Below are positions 18,655-29,746 of a stretch of 64,000 nt of DNA, piece after piece (position 1 is the first letter of the stretch; each line of letters opens with the position of its first letter). A program made the translations under genes and the position numbers. The stretch is from NCBI GenBank assembly GCA_965601925.1, contig OZ271854.1, positions 3,488,001-3,552,000 on the forward strand, read 5' to 3'. The notes under the pieces are model-generated. The model was not told the DNA's origin. It ran no database searches and worked only from the letters and a program-made list of their open reading frames with translations. The DNA comes from Alkalispirochaeta sp. GTDB taxonomy: Bacteria; Spirochaetota; Spirochaetia; DSM-27196; Alkalispirochaetaceae.

Positions 18655-20676
18655 ATGAAGAGATTAAGGGTGTTTTTCGTTGTCGCCGCGACGGCGGTAT
18701 TGGCCGCCTGCGCGACGGACGGAGGAGTGACCCCGACGCATGAAGCGGGGCCGGTCGTGTTTACGCTGCAACTCCTCCACTTTGCCGACATAGACGGCAA
18801 TGAGGAGACGGCGCTCGACTCGGTGGACGAGTTCTCGGCGCTGGTTCGCGCCTTTCGAGCCGACGCGAGCTACGGCGAGGCGACCCTATTGGTGAGTTCG
18901 GGAGACAATATCATTCCCGGACCGCGCTTCTACGCTGCGGAACAGCGTGCGGTGCGATCGGTAACGGGAAGCAACGAGCCGGGCCACGCCGATATCGCCT
19001 TCATGAATTATCTCGGCGTCGCCGCCTCGGCGGTTGGTAATCATGAGCTGGACGCGGGACCCGGAGAACTCGCCGACGCGCTTCAGATCGAGTCGAGCGG
19101 GGGGGTAGAGTTTCCCGGTGCGCTCTTCCCGCACCTTTCGGCCAACCTCGATTTCTCGAGTGATTCCGATTTTGCCGAGTTGATCGGTACCGACGGCGAC
19201 GACGTGGAAAACCTTGCCGGCGGCGTCGCGGCGTCGGCGATAGCCGAGGTCGGCGGCCGACGAATCGGTTTGGTCGGGGCCTCTACGCCGACTCTGCCCA
19301 CAATCACCTCCACCGGCGGCATCTCCGTTCGCCCGGATGCCGCGGGTTGGACCGTAGAGGCGCTGGCGGCGGAGATTCAAACGGCAGTCGATGCGTTGAC
19401 CTCCCAAGGGGTCGACACGGTCGTGCTCCTCTCGCACATGCAGCAGATCGCGGTTGAGAAGGAGCTCGCAACCCTTCTCAGCGGTGTGGACATCATCGTC
19501 GCCGGCGGGTCCAATACGCGAATGGGGGACGATACCGACGCGCTCTTCGACGGCGACGACGAGTTTGCAGAGACGTATCCCTTTGTCACCGCGGCCGTCG
19601 ATGGAGCTCCCACTCTCGTGGTGAACGTCGACGGTGACTACAAGTACCTCGGGCGTCTCGTCGTGGGATTCGACGCCGACGGTGTCCTCGTACTCGACAG
19701 CATCGACGAGGCGGTAAGCGGTGCGTGGGCCAGTACGAGTGCGAACGTCGCCGCGCTCGGCGCCGACCCGATTCCGGAGGTCGTCGCTCTGCGTGACGCC
19801 GTGCGAGGCGTTATCACGGCGCAGTACGGAAACGTCTTGGGATACACCGCCGTGTACCTCGACGGACGCAGGAGTCAGGTGCGTACGCAGGAGACCAATC
19901 TCGGCAATCTCACCGCCGACGCCAACCTCTGGTACGCGAATCTCCTTTCGGACGTTCGCGTAGACGTCTCCATAAAAAACGGGGGAGGAATCAGAACCGA
20001 GATCGGCTCTGCGGTGGTGCCGCCCGGTACGGTGGACTACTCCCAAGCCGTGCTCTCGCCGCCGCGCGCTAACGCCGAGGCGGGCGCCGACGAAGGGGCG
20101 GTAACCGAAGGCCACCTGCGCGCGACCCTACGATTCGACAACGGGTTGGTGACGATGAACGCCACGGCGGAAGAGCTCGTTGCGCTCCTGGAACACGGGG
20201 TATCGCAGACGGCTCCCGGAGCTACACCGGGTCGATTCCCACAGATTGCCGGGATGCGATTCAGCTTTGACGCCGATGCACCGGCGGGAAGCCGCATTCG
20301 CTCCCTGGAGATTCTCAACGACGACGGCTCGGTTCGCGATACCGTCGTGGCCGGCGGCGCCCTACAGGGCCCGGGGACGCGCGTCTTCCGTCTCGTTACG
20401 CTCAACTTTCTCGCCAACGGCGGCGACGGGTATCTTTTCCCCGAGCTTTCCGACCCGGTACGGCGAAATCTCTATGAGGGCACCGGATTCGGCGAGGAGA
20501 TCGATTATCCCGACGAGAATCTCCGTGCGGATCCAGGCGCCAACTCGGCGTTCAGCTATACCGGGGGCGAGCAGGACGCCCTGGCGGAGTACCTCGCCGC
20601 GTTTCATGCGTCGCCCGGAAGCGCCTTTGCGGTGGGTGAGACGGACCGCCCGGAAGACGGCCGCATCTCCTACTAA
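18655..20676 (+). CDS. 5'-nucleotidase / bifunctional metallophosphatase lipoprotein
   Basis: Lipobox LAAC; LQLLHFAD, SSGDN, VGNHELD, LSHMQ, ETNLGNL.ADA, NGGGIR, GRFPQIAG, FLANGGDGY. Confidence 0.9.
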   Translation: MKRLRVFFVVAATAVLAACATDGGVTPTHEAGPVVFTLQLLHFADIDGNEETALDSVDEFSALVRAFRADASYGEATLLVSSGDNIIPGPRFYAAEQRAVRSVTGSNEPGHADIAFMNYLGVAASAVGNHELDAGPGELADALQIESSGGVEFPGALFPHLSANLDFSSDSDFAELIGTDGDDVENLAGGVAASAIAEVGGRRIGLVGASTPTLPTITSTGGISVRPDAAGWTVEALAAEIQTAVDALTSQGVDTVVLLSHMQQIAVEKELATLLSGVDIIVAGGSNTRMGDDTDALFDGDDEFAETYPFVTAAVDGAPTLVVNVDGDYKYLGRLVVGFDADGVLVLDSIDEAVSGAWASTSANVAALGADPIPEVVALRDAVRGVITAQYGNVLGYTAVYLDGRRSQVRTQETNLGNLTADANLWYANLLSDVRVDVSIKNGGGIRTEIGSAVVPPGTVDYSQAVLSPPRANAEAGADEGAVTEGHLRATLRFDNGLVTMNATAEELVALLEHGVSQTAPGATPGRFPQIAGMRFSFDADAPAGSRIRSLEILNDDGSVRDTVVAGGALQGPGTRVFRLVTLNFLANGGDGYLFPELSDPVRRNLYEGTGFGEEIDYPDENLRADPGANSAFSYTGGEQDALAEYLAAFHASPGSAFAVGETDRPEDGRISY

Positions 20677-21013
20677 CGTCGTAGTACACCCGGTCCGGTC
20701 CGGTCGTTTTGATCGGACCGGCTATCTCAGGAGGGTGTCGCACGAGCGATGGGGGCCTTGCGCCGTACCGAGCGCGATGGAGTGCGGTCGTCGTTGCACC
20801 GGGCGTCGCACGCATCCCGACCGATACATCTTCTTTCTTTATTTATTATGATATAAGCATTATTGCCGAGAATTTGTTCTGAAAAACGTAAGCGAAAGAC
20901 GATATTTTGCGCTTGCACGAAATAACGGCTCGCTTTACAATCATGGAAAGAACGTACCACTTACACACCTTGTGTGTGATACAGTGGGCTATTCTTCTTT
21001 CGAGAGGTGGCAT

Positions 21014-22129
21014 ATGGCATCGGCATTTAGTCTCGCGATTTACCCCACCGTGTGTATCGCGCAATACGGCGACGACGGACGGTGGGAACTGCACGTTTCC
21101 GAAAAACCCCATAAGACTCCCGCCGAAGAGGCGGCGCTTCCGGCGGGGGAGCGCGAGGCGCTTCTTGCGGCTCGCAACTCGTTTCCCGAGCTTCCGTTGG
21201 TCAACTATACCTCCCAGTACGGCCTGGGGTGTTTTGAAGGCGCCAAGGCGTACCCACAGCCGGACGGCACGCTCAAGATTTTTCGTCCCGACGAGAATGC
21301 AAAGCGTATGCGTCGCTCTATGGATGGTCTCGGTATGCCGGGACTCCCCGAGGAACTGTTCCTCGAGGCGCTGGATCGATTTGTCGGACGCAACATCGCC
21401 CTCGGTTTCACCGAGTCGTACGACAAGGAGTGGGAGACCGACGGCTTCATGCGGGCACGATCGGTCTATCTTCGACCGTTCAGCTGGGCCGAGGGCGGTA
21501 TCGGCGTTAACTTGAGCGAGCGGCCGTCGGTCGTGTTCGTAGCGACTCCCGTCGGCTCCTACTTCGATCCCGACGCGTCAACGGCGGCCGCTACGACGCG
21601 GCGCGTTCGTGCCAACCCCGGCGGTATCGGGTGGATTAAGTGTGACGCCAACTACGTGATATCGGCGCTGGCCAAGAAAGAGGTTCAGGCCGCGGGCTTT
21701 ATGGAGGCGATTTTTCTGGACGCCAAGGAACATCGCTATCTCGAAGAGGGCTCGTCCTGCAACATCTTTGTGCTGCTCAAAAACGGCACCTTGGTTACCC
21801 CGGACCTGCGGGACACGGTCCTTCCTGGTATCAACCGCGCGAGCGTCATCACGCTGGCTCGGGAGCGGGGCATCACCGTTGAAGAGCGCATGATCTCTAT
21901 CGAGGAGGCGCTCGGCGACGGAGCGGAGTGCTTCGTCACCGGCACGGCGGCCGGTGTGACGCCGGTAGAGTCGATCACCCACGAGGGCACCACCACCGCC
22001 TTCACCCAGGGTGTCGGCGAACTGACGCGAGATCTTCGCGACACGCTGAAGGGTATCCAGTATGGAGCGGTAGAGGACCACCACGGCTGGATGCACACGG
22101 TACCGGTTCCGGCGGCGCAGCCCGCCTAG
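21014..22129 (+). CDS. ilvE: Branched-chain amino acid aminotransferase (class IV)
   Basis: YGLGCFEGAKAY, FRPDENAKR, K...NY, EEGSSCNIF, LPGINR, FVTGTAAGVTPV; GAGAGG RBS. Confidence 0.9.
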   Translation: MASAFSLAIYPTVCIAQYGDDGRWELHVSEKPHKTPAEEAALPAGEREALLAARNSFPELPLVNYTSQYGLGCFEGAKAYPQPDGTLKIFRPDENAKRMRRSMDGLGMPGLPEELFLEALDRFVGRNIALGFTESYDKEWETDGFMRARSVYLRPFSWAEGGIGVNLSERPSVVFVATPVGSYFDPDASTAAATTRRVRANPGGIGWIKCDANYVISALAKKEVQAAGFMEAIFLDAKEHRYLEEGSSCNIFVLLKNGTLVTPDLRDTVLPGINRASVITLARERGITVEERMISIEEALGDGAECFVTGTAAGVTPVESITHEGTTTAFTQGVGELTRDLRDTLKGIQYGAVEDHHGWMHTVPVPAAQPA

Positions 22130-25100
22130 CGCGATAGGATCACCCCGCGGGCACACCGCCCGTCTACTTTGGCAACCAACGAAGAGGCGGTACGTACGTG
22201 ACGTATGTACCGCCCCTCGTGTATTACCTCCTGTGAGTCCAACCAGTCCCAGCGGATATACTCCTCGGCGTGCGGCGAACGGATGTGAAAGTATCCGAGC
22301 TTGAGGGATATCACATTGTGAAAAAAGTGACTTCCCTGCGACGGATCGACGCGAAAGTCGCCGAGATCGGACTCTACGATTACCAAAGCGTTCGATATTT
22401 GGGACCAGTCGACCGGTATTCCGAGCCAGCGGTCCGCGGTGCCCCAGCGGCCGAACCCGATGAGGATGTAACGGCGATCTTCATCCTTGAGCGTCGCGTT
22501 GACCTCTCCGATCTCCTGCGCTATCCGTTCGGTCGCCGCGACGTCAAAGCGCTCCGGATCGACGTACACAACGTCATACATGTCTTGAAAGAGCCCGTTC
22601 CCCATGGCGTGGTTGGAGGCGCACACTGCGGCGTCCAAGTCGTCGCCCTCGTGGGCGACCTCGACCGTCTCGCGACCGACCACAAGAGGCCGGATCTGCA
22701 AGAAATGGAACTCCGCCGTGTCCGTCGTCGAGCCGTCTCCATCCTCTTTGAGGTTGAGGGCGAACTCGATTTCCACCTCCGCCCCGAAACTCGATCTGCC
22801 CAACTCCAGAAGGTCGACGACGATCTCCGGTAACGGTACGGGACGGCCGGCGCGCAGTCCTGCAAAATCCACGACCCACGGTCCTGTGTCGGTTATGCCG
22901 CGTCGGATGCGTTCGTCCTGCGCGGAGTAACTCCCCGCCACATAAGCGAGCGTCCCGTCGTCCCGTGCCTGTTTGAGCCCCGGCCTCTTGAGACTGAACC
23001 GTTCGTCGCGTTCGACCGCCAGACGGGGTCGCGATAGGTCCAACGCGTAAAAGTGGTGTTGCGTCGTCCTCATGAGCTCCGCCGGAGAGGAATAGGGCGG
23101 ATTCTGACGCGGAAAGGGTGGACAAAAACGAAAGATGTTTTCGCCGTCGACGATGCTTTTGCCCAGGCCCAAGGCGACGCTCGCGATACCGTCCTCGGGG
23201 CGTATCGGCGAGGTTGGGTAGAAGTTGTGGGACTGGGCGACGCCTGAGACCGTGGGATAGAAGAGGTCGCCGTGGCGGCGACCGGCCACCTCCTGGATGA
23301 TAACGCCCATCTTCTCGTCTTCTAAGCGATAGTTCGTGTTGTGAATGTACTCCCGGGAAGCGCGATAGAAGACCGACGCGTATACGAGCTTCACGGCGTC
23401 GGCAAGCTGCGATAATCGGCCGTCCGGGTCGGGATCGTTGTTAGGGAGCATATAGGTCGCATACAGCCCGGCAAAAGGAAGGCTCTGAGAGTCCTCCAGC
23501 ACGCTGGAGGAGCGAACCGCCAAGGGCGTATGGATCTTCTCCACGACGCGCTCCAGTTGTGCGAGCGTCTCCTCTCCCAGGCGAGAGGCCAAAAACCGTT
23601 CGGCGATCGTCTCGTCCGCGGCGTGCTCCAAGTCGGTACGATGCAGTTCGTTCGTTTCGAGAAACTCCTCGTACACATCGGTGCAGACTACGAAAGTCGC
23701 CGGCACACCGATCCGCACGGTGGGGTATTTTTCTCTGAGAGACGGATCGCCCAGCAGTCCGTTGACGAAGGCGATTCCGCGCGCTTTGCCGCCCAACGAC
23801 CCGCCGCCGATGCGAATGAACGAGGCCGCTACATCGCCGGCGTAGGCGGCCAGTTCGGTGATTGACCCGGCACGATTTTTGTTGAGGAGCGCCCGTATTG
23901 CGTCGTGGAGGTGGCGACGGAGCCCCTCGATATCGGAGAAGTCCTCGACGCGGGTCGGGCGCAACTGCTCGGCTACGGCAAACTCCGTACGCGCCCTGAG
24001 CCACATGGAGATGTCGTTACGCGCGGCGTGGCGACGCAGGCTATCGGGAGGGCACGTCTGGAGGAGCTTTTCAAACTCTTGAATATTGCACGCTCGGTAT
24101 AGTTCTCGGCCGTCGGGATCGCGAAAGACGAAATCGCCGAATCCAAGGTCGGTCAGGAGAAACCGGCGCAGCTCGGTAAGTAGACCGGGGGAGCGCTTGT
24201 CGACGAAGGTGCACTCGACGCCGATCTCTTCACGCGCCTCGCCGCGTTCGGAGTGGAGTAGAATCGGGAGATCGAACAGCTTCTCGCGAAACGTCTCCGC
24301 AAGGAGTAGACCTGCGTTCTGATCGAGTTGGCCGTCTCTGGAAAATGCGACGTCGGATATGACGCCCAGTACGTTGCGCTTGTACTTATCGAATAGGCGC
24401 ACCGCCTCCTCATACGTCTCCGCAAGCAGCAACTTGGGCCGTGCCCGCATCCGGAGGAGGCGTTGATAGTCGTTTACGCTCTCCGATATCAGGCGTTGCG
24501 TCTGTGTCATTAACTCGGTATAGAGAGGCGGAAGAAACATGGAGTAGAACTTGGGGTTGTCCTCCACAACCAGAAGCGTCTGCACGCCCGAGGCGGTGTC
24601 GGCGTGCACGTTCCCGGCATCCTCCACGTATTTGATGATCGCCAAGAGTATCTTGCTGTCTCCGAGCCAGTAGAAGATGCGGTCGATGGACGCGGCGCGA
24701 CGAAACCGCGCCAACAGATCGGGGCTGAGCATCTCGACGGTCAGCAGTACGACCGGCTTGTCGGGGTGCAGCCGTTTCACATGGTTGCCGAAATCGACCG
24801 GGTCCATATCCGAGAGGCGCGCCATCGTGAGAACGAGGTCGAAGTTGCGACTCTCCAGCTCCGAGAGCGCCTCCTCGGCGGTGGAGACGCGGGTAATGCG
24901 CGGCACGAAGCGCAAGTTCAGGTCGATGTACTGACTGAGGATGAGTTCCGAGACGCCACGGTCCTCCTCCAGGACGAAGGCATCATACATCGTCGACACG
25001 AGGAGGATCTCGCGCACCCGAAACTGCATGAGGTTGTGAAAGCCGCCGAAGTTGTGACGATATGCGCGAGAAAGCACCGGGCTACTCACCGGGACAGTGT

Positions 25101-25131
25101 AGTATGAACGGCGGCGGACAACAACCGGCAA
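22126..25131 (-). CDS. PEP/pyruvate-binding (PPDK_N/PEP-synthase-like) protein with N-terminal receiver-like domains
   Basis: IG.GSLGGKARG, AVRSSS.LEDS...FAGLY, FLQIRP, GRWGT.D.WLGIPV.W, SQGSHFF; start may be GTG 25089. Confidence 0.85.
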   Translation of the reverse strand: MPVVVRRRSYYTVPVSSPVLSRAYRHNFGGFHNLMQFRVREILLVSTMYDAFVLEEDRGVSELILSQYIDLNLRFVPRITRVSTAEEALSELESRNFDLVLTMARLSDMDPVDFGNHVKRLHPDKPVVLLTVEMLSPDLLARFRRAASIDRIFYWLGDSKILLAIIKYVEDAGNVHADTASGVQTLLVVEDNPKFYSMFLPPLYTELMTQTQRLISESVNDYQRLLRMRARPKLLLAETYEEAVRLFDKYKRNVLGVISDVAFSRDGQLDQNAGLLLAETFREKLFDLPILLHSERGEAREEIGVECTFVDKRSPGLLTELRRFLLTDLGFGDFVFRDPDGRELYRACNIQEFEKLLQTCPPDSLRRHAARNDISMWLRARTEFAVAEQLRPTRVEDFSDIEGLRRHLHDAIRALLNKNRAGSITELAAYAGDVAASFIRIGGGSLGGKARGIAFVNGLLGDPSLREKYPTVRIGVPATFVVCTDVYEEFLETNELHRTDLEHAADETIAERFLASRLGEETLAQLERVVEKIHTPLAVRSSSVLEDSQSLPFAGLYATYMLPNNDPDPDGRLSQLADAVKLVYASVFYRASREYIHNTNYRLEDEKMGVIIQEVAGRRHGDLFYPTVSGVAQSHNFYPTSPIRPEDGIASVALGLGKSIVDGENIFRFCPPFPRQNPPYSSPAELMRTTQHHFYALDLSRPRLAVERDERFSLKRPGLKQARDDGTLAYVAGSYSAQDERIRRGITDTGPWVVDFAGLRAGRPVPLPEIVVDLLELGRSSFGAEVEIEFALNLKEDGDGSTTDTAEFHFLQIRPLVVGRETVEVAHEGDDLDAAVCASNHAMGNGLFQDMYDVVYVDPERFDVAATERIAQEIGEVNATLKDEDRRYILIGFGRWGTADRWLGIPVDWSQISNALVIVESDLGDFRVDPSQGSHFFHNVISLKLGYFHIRSPHAEEYIRWDWLDSQEVIHEGRYIRHVRTASSLVAKVDGRCARGVILSR

Positions 25132-25237
25132 TCCGTCGGGGCACGCTGCGGCGGGCGCCTGAAATGAGTATTATGGCAATTGAAAGGGAAAAAAATGCCG
25201 GATCGGTACGCCCTCCCTTTCGATACGGAGATGAATC

Positions 25238-25681
25238 ATGAAGTTCGACGAGACAAACCTGGCCATCATCAAACACCTCAAAGACGGAAGAAAGTCCTTC
25301 GCGACCATCGCCCAGGAGTTGAATGTGACCGAGAACACCGTGCGCTCCAGAGTAACGCGCATGATGGAGGAAGGGGTCTTGGAGATCGTGGGACTCGTCA
25401 ATCCGCAGCAGATTCCCGGCCACCGAAGCGTGATCATAGGCATCAAGTTATCGACTCCCAAGCTCTACACCAAAGGCCAGGAGTTTTGCTCCCTTAAGGG
25501 AGTCGTGAACGTCATGCTGGTTACCGGAAAGTACGATCTCATCGTGGAAGTACTGCTGAACGAGAACTTCGGACTCCTCGACTTCTACGAGGAGGAGTTC
25601 AGCAAGATTGACGGGATTCAGAATATGGAAACATTCGTCGTCGTCAAAAACTTTCATCATCGCGTGCCGTACGCATTGTAA
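25238..25681 (+). CDS. Lrp/AsnC-family regulator
   Basis: DGRKSF..IA.EL.V.E.TV..RV..M...G; VTGKYD. Confidence 0.92.
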   Translation: MKFDETNLAIIKHLKDGRKSFATIAQELNVTENTVRSRVTRMMEEGVLEIVGLVNPQQIPGHRSVIIGIKLSTPKLYTKGQEFCSLKGVVNVMLVTGKYDLIVEVLLNENFGLLDFYEEEFSKIDGIQNMETFVVVKNFHHRVPYAL

Positions 25682-25767
25682 GCCTCAAAATTAAGAATAT
25701 GTTCAAAAAACAATTCTTTCATTGTGCTTTTGGGCAACGAGTGCTACCATTATTGCAAAATCCGTAA

Positions 25768-27120
<1,353 letters not shown>

Positions 27121-27345
27121 GGCGGCGCGTTCCCGAAAGCGCGTGTTACGACTAGAGACGCGGGCGAGTCGTGGCGTCGACCGCTCATGCAGGCCCGACA
27201 TGGTCGGGCCGGAAGATCGCGGTCGCCGGACGCATGCGCGAGCAGCAATCCGTAAGGATTGCGACCAGCGCCGTCCCACTCGTCCGCCTGCGGTGCACCT
27301 CGCGCCCGATGACTCTTGGTGGATCGTGGGAGGAAACAGAAGCGA
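27121..27345 (+). repeat. Structured ~225-bp repeat, copy A (full)
   Basis: Begins immediately after gdhA stop; closely matches 29390-29607; hairpins GGCCCGAC-ATG-GTCGGGCC and GCAATCC-GTAA-GGATTGC. Confidence 0.9.
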
Positions 27346-27509
27346 GGCGGCGCGTTCCCGAAAGCGCGTGTTACGACTAGGGGCGCGGGCGAGTCGTGCC
27401 GTCGCCCGCTCATGCAGGCCCGTGCCGTTACGCGTATCGTGGCGGTGCGCCGGCGAGCGCGCCGTCGGGATGGGGCGTAGACTCCAGGTCGTACTCCCGG
27501 TCGGGCCGG
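27346..27509 (+). repeat. Structured repeat, copy B (5' part, hairpin loop expanded)
   Basis: 27346-27422 repeats 27121-27197 at a 225-bp period; right arm GGTCGGGCCGG reappears at 27499-27509. Confidence 0.85.
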
Positions 27510-27553
27510 TTTGTCGGAGTAACACGCTCTCCTGTACTCGCTGATAGCATTGC

Positions 27554-28471
27554 TCAATGGCATGGGGCTAGCATACTTTTGATCCCGTACCGTGTCGGTG
27601 CAATGCGTTCTTGTACCGCCTCACCGCGCGTCGCTGCCGTCATCCGCGCCACAACCGCGCCGAAACCGTCGGCGAGACGTCGGGCCATGACCGCCAGAAT
27701 AATCGGATGCGCCATGCGGTATTTCGGTGTGATTTCGAACCAGATGTTGACCGTTGATCCCGTTCCGTTCGGCTTGACTTCCCAGCCGCCCGACATCGTC
27801 TTGAACGGATAGGGGAAGCCCGGTTCATTCGCCAGAAACTCAAACTCGACTTGCCTATTCTGCTCATCGTATCGTGTGCAATGCTCGCCCCATGTCTTGC
27901 CGTCGACATCGGTGCATTGGCGGACCGCATTTACCCCCGGTTGGGCGCCGTCCCGCAAAGTAACCTGCGTTAGATTGGGAGAGTATAGGCGGATGTTCGG
28001 TAAGTCCGCGATGATCGGCCATATCGCATCGGGTGATGCGGGCGTATCCACCGTGACACACAGGGTATGCGTACCGGGTTTGTCGGGGGAGGCATACACT
28101 CTTCCGACACCTTGAAGCTGGCGCAGACCAAAAGTTAGGACGATTGCCGCGATCACCAGCAGCATGAGCATACCCGCAGTTTGCAAAGGTGCAAACGCGA
28201 GCACGATCAGCACCACCGTACCGGCAACCCATGCAAAATCGGCGATGCTGATTAATGCCGCCGCAACGGTATCGATGTGGTGCCGTGTACCCGTCCACGT
28301 CACGAAACCGGCAAATCCCAACAACCCCAAACCGATAATACGATAGACCAACGGCTCACCGGTTCCCATAAACTCGGCGACGGCACGGCTTAAGACGATG
28401 CACGTCAAACCGGATAGTGTAGAGAAAAGCGCATTGGCTAAAAGGGCTGTCCTCAATGTTCTTGTTTGCAT
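27554..28471 (-). CDS. 4-TM membrane domain fused to SRPBCC/polyketide-cyclase domain
   Basis: ALLANALFS, AD.AWV.GT; ASPDAIWPIIAD, GVNAVRQC.D..G..W.E; start MQTRT after GGAGG. Confidence 0.8.
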   Translation of the reverse strand: MQTRTLRTALLANALFSTLSGLTCIVLSRAVAEFMGTGEPLVYRIIGLGLLGFAGFVTWTGTRHHIDTVAAALISIADFAWVAGTVVLIVLAFAPLQTAGMLMLLVIAAIVLTFGLRQLQGVGRVYASPDKPGTHTLCVTVDTPASPDAIWPIIADLPNIRLYSPNLTQVTLRDGAQPGVNAVRQCTDVDGKTWGEHCTRYDEQNRQVEFEFLANEPGFPYPFKTMSGGWEVKPNGTGSTVNIWFEITPKYRMAHPIILAVMARRLADGFGAVVARMTAATRGEAVQERIAPTRYGIKSMLAPCH

Positions 28472-28545
28472 AGTCGAACCTCCACGATGCTGTCTTCTTT
28501 TCAGCGTCATGCTTTCAGGTTATGCTCGTGGGGTAATGAATCCAA

Positions 28546-28560
28546 TTACCTCACGGGTAA
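28546..28560. promoter_or_regulatory. Candidate operator of the XRE/MmyB regulator
   Basis: TTACC-TCACG-GGTAA inverted repeat between the divergent genes, 3 nt before the regulator ATG. Confidence 0.55.
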
Positions 28561-28563
28561 AAC

Positions 28564-29382
28564 ATGACGTTTCGTGAGACGTCGATTGATCAATTTGGTG
28601 ATATTCTGCGGCACTGGCGCAAAGTCAGACGCCTCAGCCAAATGGAGTTGGCACTGACAGCCACGGTATCCACACGACATTTGAGCTTTATTGAAACCGG
28701 GCGCGCACAGCCGAGTTATGATTTGGTTTTGCGTCTGGCCGAGGCGATGGGCCTTCCCCTGCGATACACCAACTCCATGCTTGTGGCAGCCGGGTATGCA
28801 CCGCGTTATACAACGTGGTCCATCGATGACGATCAAACCGGCGTGGTGCGTACGGCTCTGGAACGGATGCTGGTGCAGCATGAACCGTACCCCGCCTTGG
28901 TGACCACTCGCGATTACGACGTGATTATGGCCAACAACGGCACACGCACATTGATTTCGTGGCTGACCGATGGAGACGATCTTTTGAACCGCTTCCGCAA
29001 CAGTTACCGTTTGCTGTTCGCTCCTGATGGTCTACGGCCTTATGTGGTGAACTTTGAACGCTTGCAAGGGGTGCTTCTGAGAAGGCTGCGTGAGGAGAGC
29101 ACGAACTATCAGAGCAAAGCGTTGTTTCAGTTGTATGAAGCCTGTGCAGCAGACGTGGCCGATCTGAATCGGACGGACCAATCTGCGGCTGACCCACAGT
29201 TGCCTGTTTTGACGCTTCGCTTACGAAAGGGTGATATCGACGTGCGTTTCTTTTCCACGGTGACGACTTTCGGCACCGCCGTCGACATCACAACCCAGGA
29301 ACTTCGTATTGAGAGCCTTTTTCCCGCTGATGATGAAACCCGGACCGTAGTCTCGAACGCCATATGTGACACCCCGACGTGA
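28564..29382 (+). CDS. XRE-HTH / MmyB-like transcriptional regulator
   Basis: WRKVRRLSQMELA..A.VSTRHLSFIETGRAQPS; HEPYPA; FSTVTTFGT..DIT.QELRIE..FPAD. Confidence 0.9.
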   Translation: MTFRETSIDQFGDILRHWRKVRRLSQMELALTATVSTRHLSFIETGRAQPSYDLVLRLAEAMGLPLRYTNSMLVAAGYAPRYTTWSIDDDQTGVVRTALERMLVQHEPYPALVTTRDYDVIMANNGTRTLISWLTDGDDLLNRFRNSYRLLFAPDGLRPYVVNFERLQGVLLRRLREESTNYQSKALFQLYEACAADVADLNRTDQSAADPQLPVLTLRLRKGDIDVRFFSTVTTFGTAVDITTQELRIESLFPADDETRTVVSNAICDTPT

Positions 29383-29389
29383 GTGGGTT

Positions 29390-29607
29390 CGTTTCCGGAG
29401 GCGCGTGTTACGACTGGAAGCGCGGGCGAGTCGTGCCGTCGACCGCTCATGCAGGCCCGACATGGTCGGGCCAGAAGATCGCGGTCGTCGGACGCATGCG
29501 CGAGCAGCAATCCGTAAGGATTGCGACCAGCGCCGCCGCCACCCGCCCGCCGGTGGGAACCTCGCGCGTCCGATGGCGCTTGGTGGATCGTGGGGGAGGG
29601 AGAAAGG
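29390..29607 (+). repeat. Structured repeat, copy C (near full)
   Basis: GCGCGTGTTACGACT...CGCTCATGCAGGCCCGACATGGTCGGGCC...GCAATCCGTAAGGATTGCGACCAGCGCCG...TTGGTGGATCGTGGG as in copy A. Confidence 0.9.
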
Positions 29608-29700
29608 GGCGCGCGTAATGCGAGGACGCGCGTGTCGCAATAAGATCGCGGGCAGGTAACGTCGCCAATCGCTCATGCAGGCCCGGCTTTGCCGGGTCCG
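29608..29700 (+). repeat. Structured repeat, copy D (diverged 5' part)
   Basis: GCGCGTGT 227 bp after that of copy C; CGCTCATGCAGGCCCG conserved, followed by variant hairpin GGCCCGGC-TTT-GCCGGGTC. Confidence 0.7.
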
Positions 29701-29746
29701 AAACCTTTATAGGTCGAGGACCGGTTGAGGCCATGCATGGTGCGAG

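Noticed and set aside
20690..20720. CCGGT x3 microrepeat with hairpin after the nucleotidase gene
   Set aside because: Most simply a terminator-like stem; no other copies noticed
27121..29700. CRISPR array or integron attC interpretation of the repeats
   Set aside because: The unit is about 225 bp with no unique spacers or cas genes; no RYYYAAC...GTTRRRY pair or integrase seen
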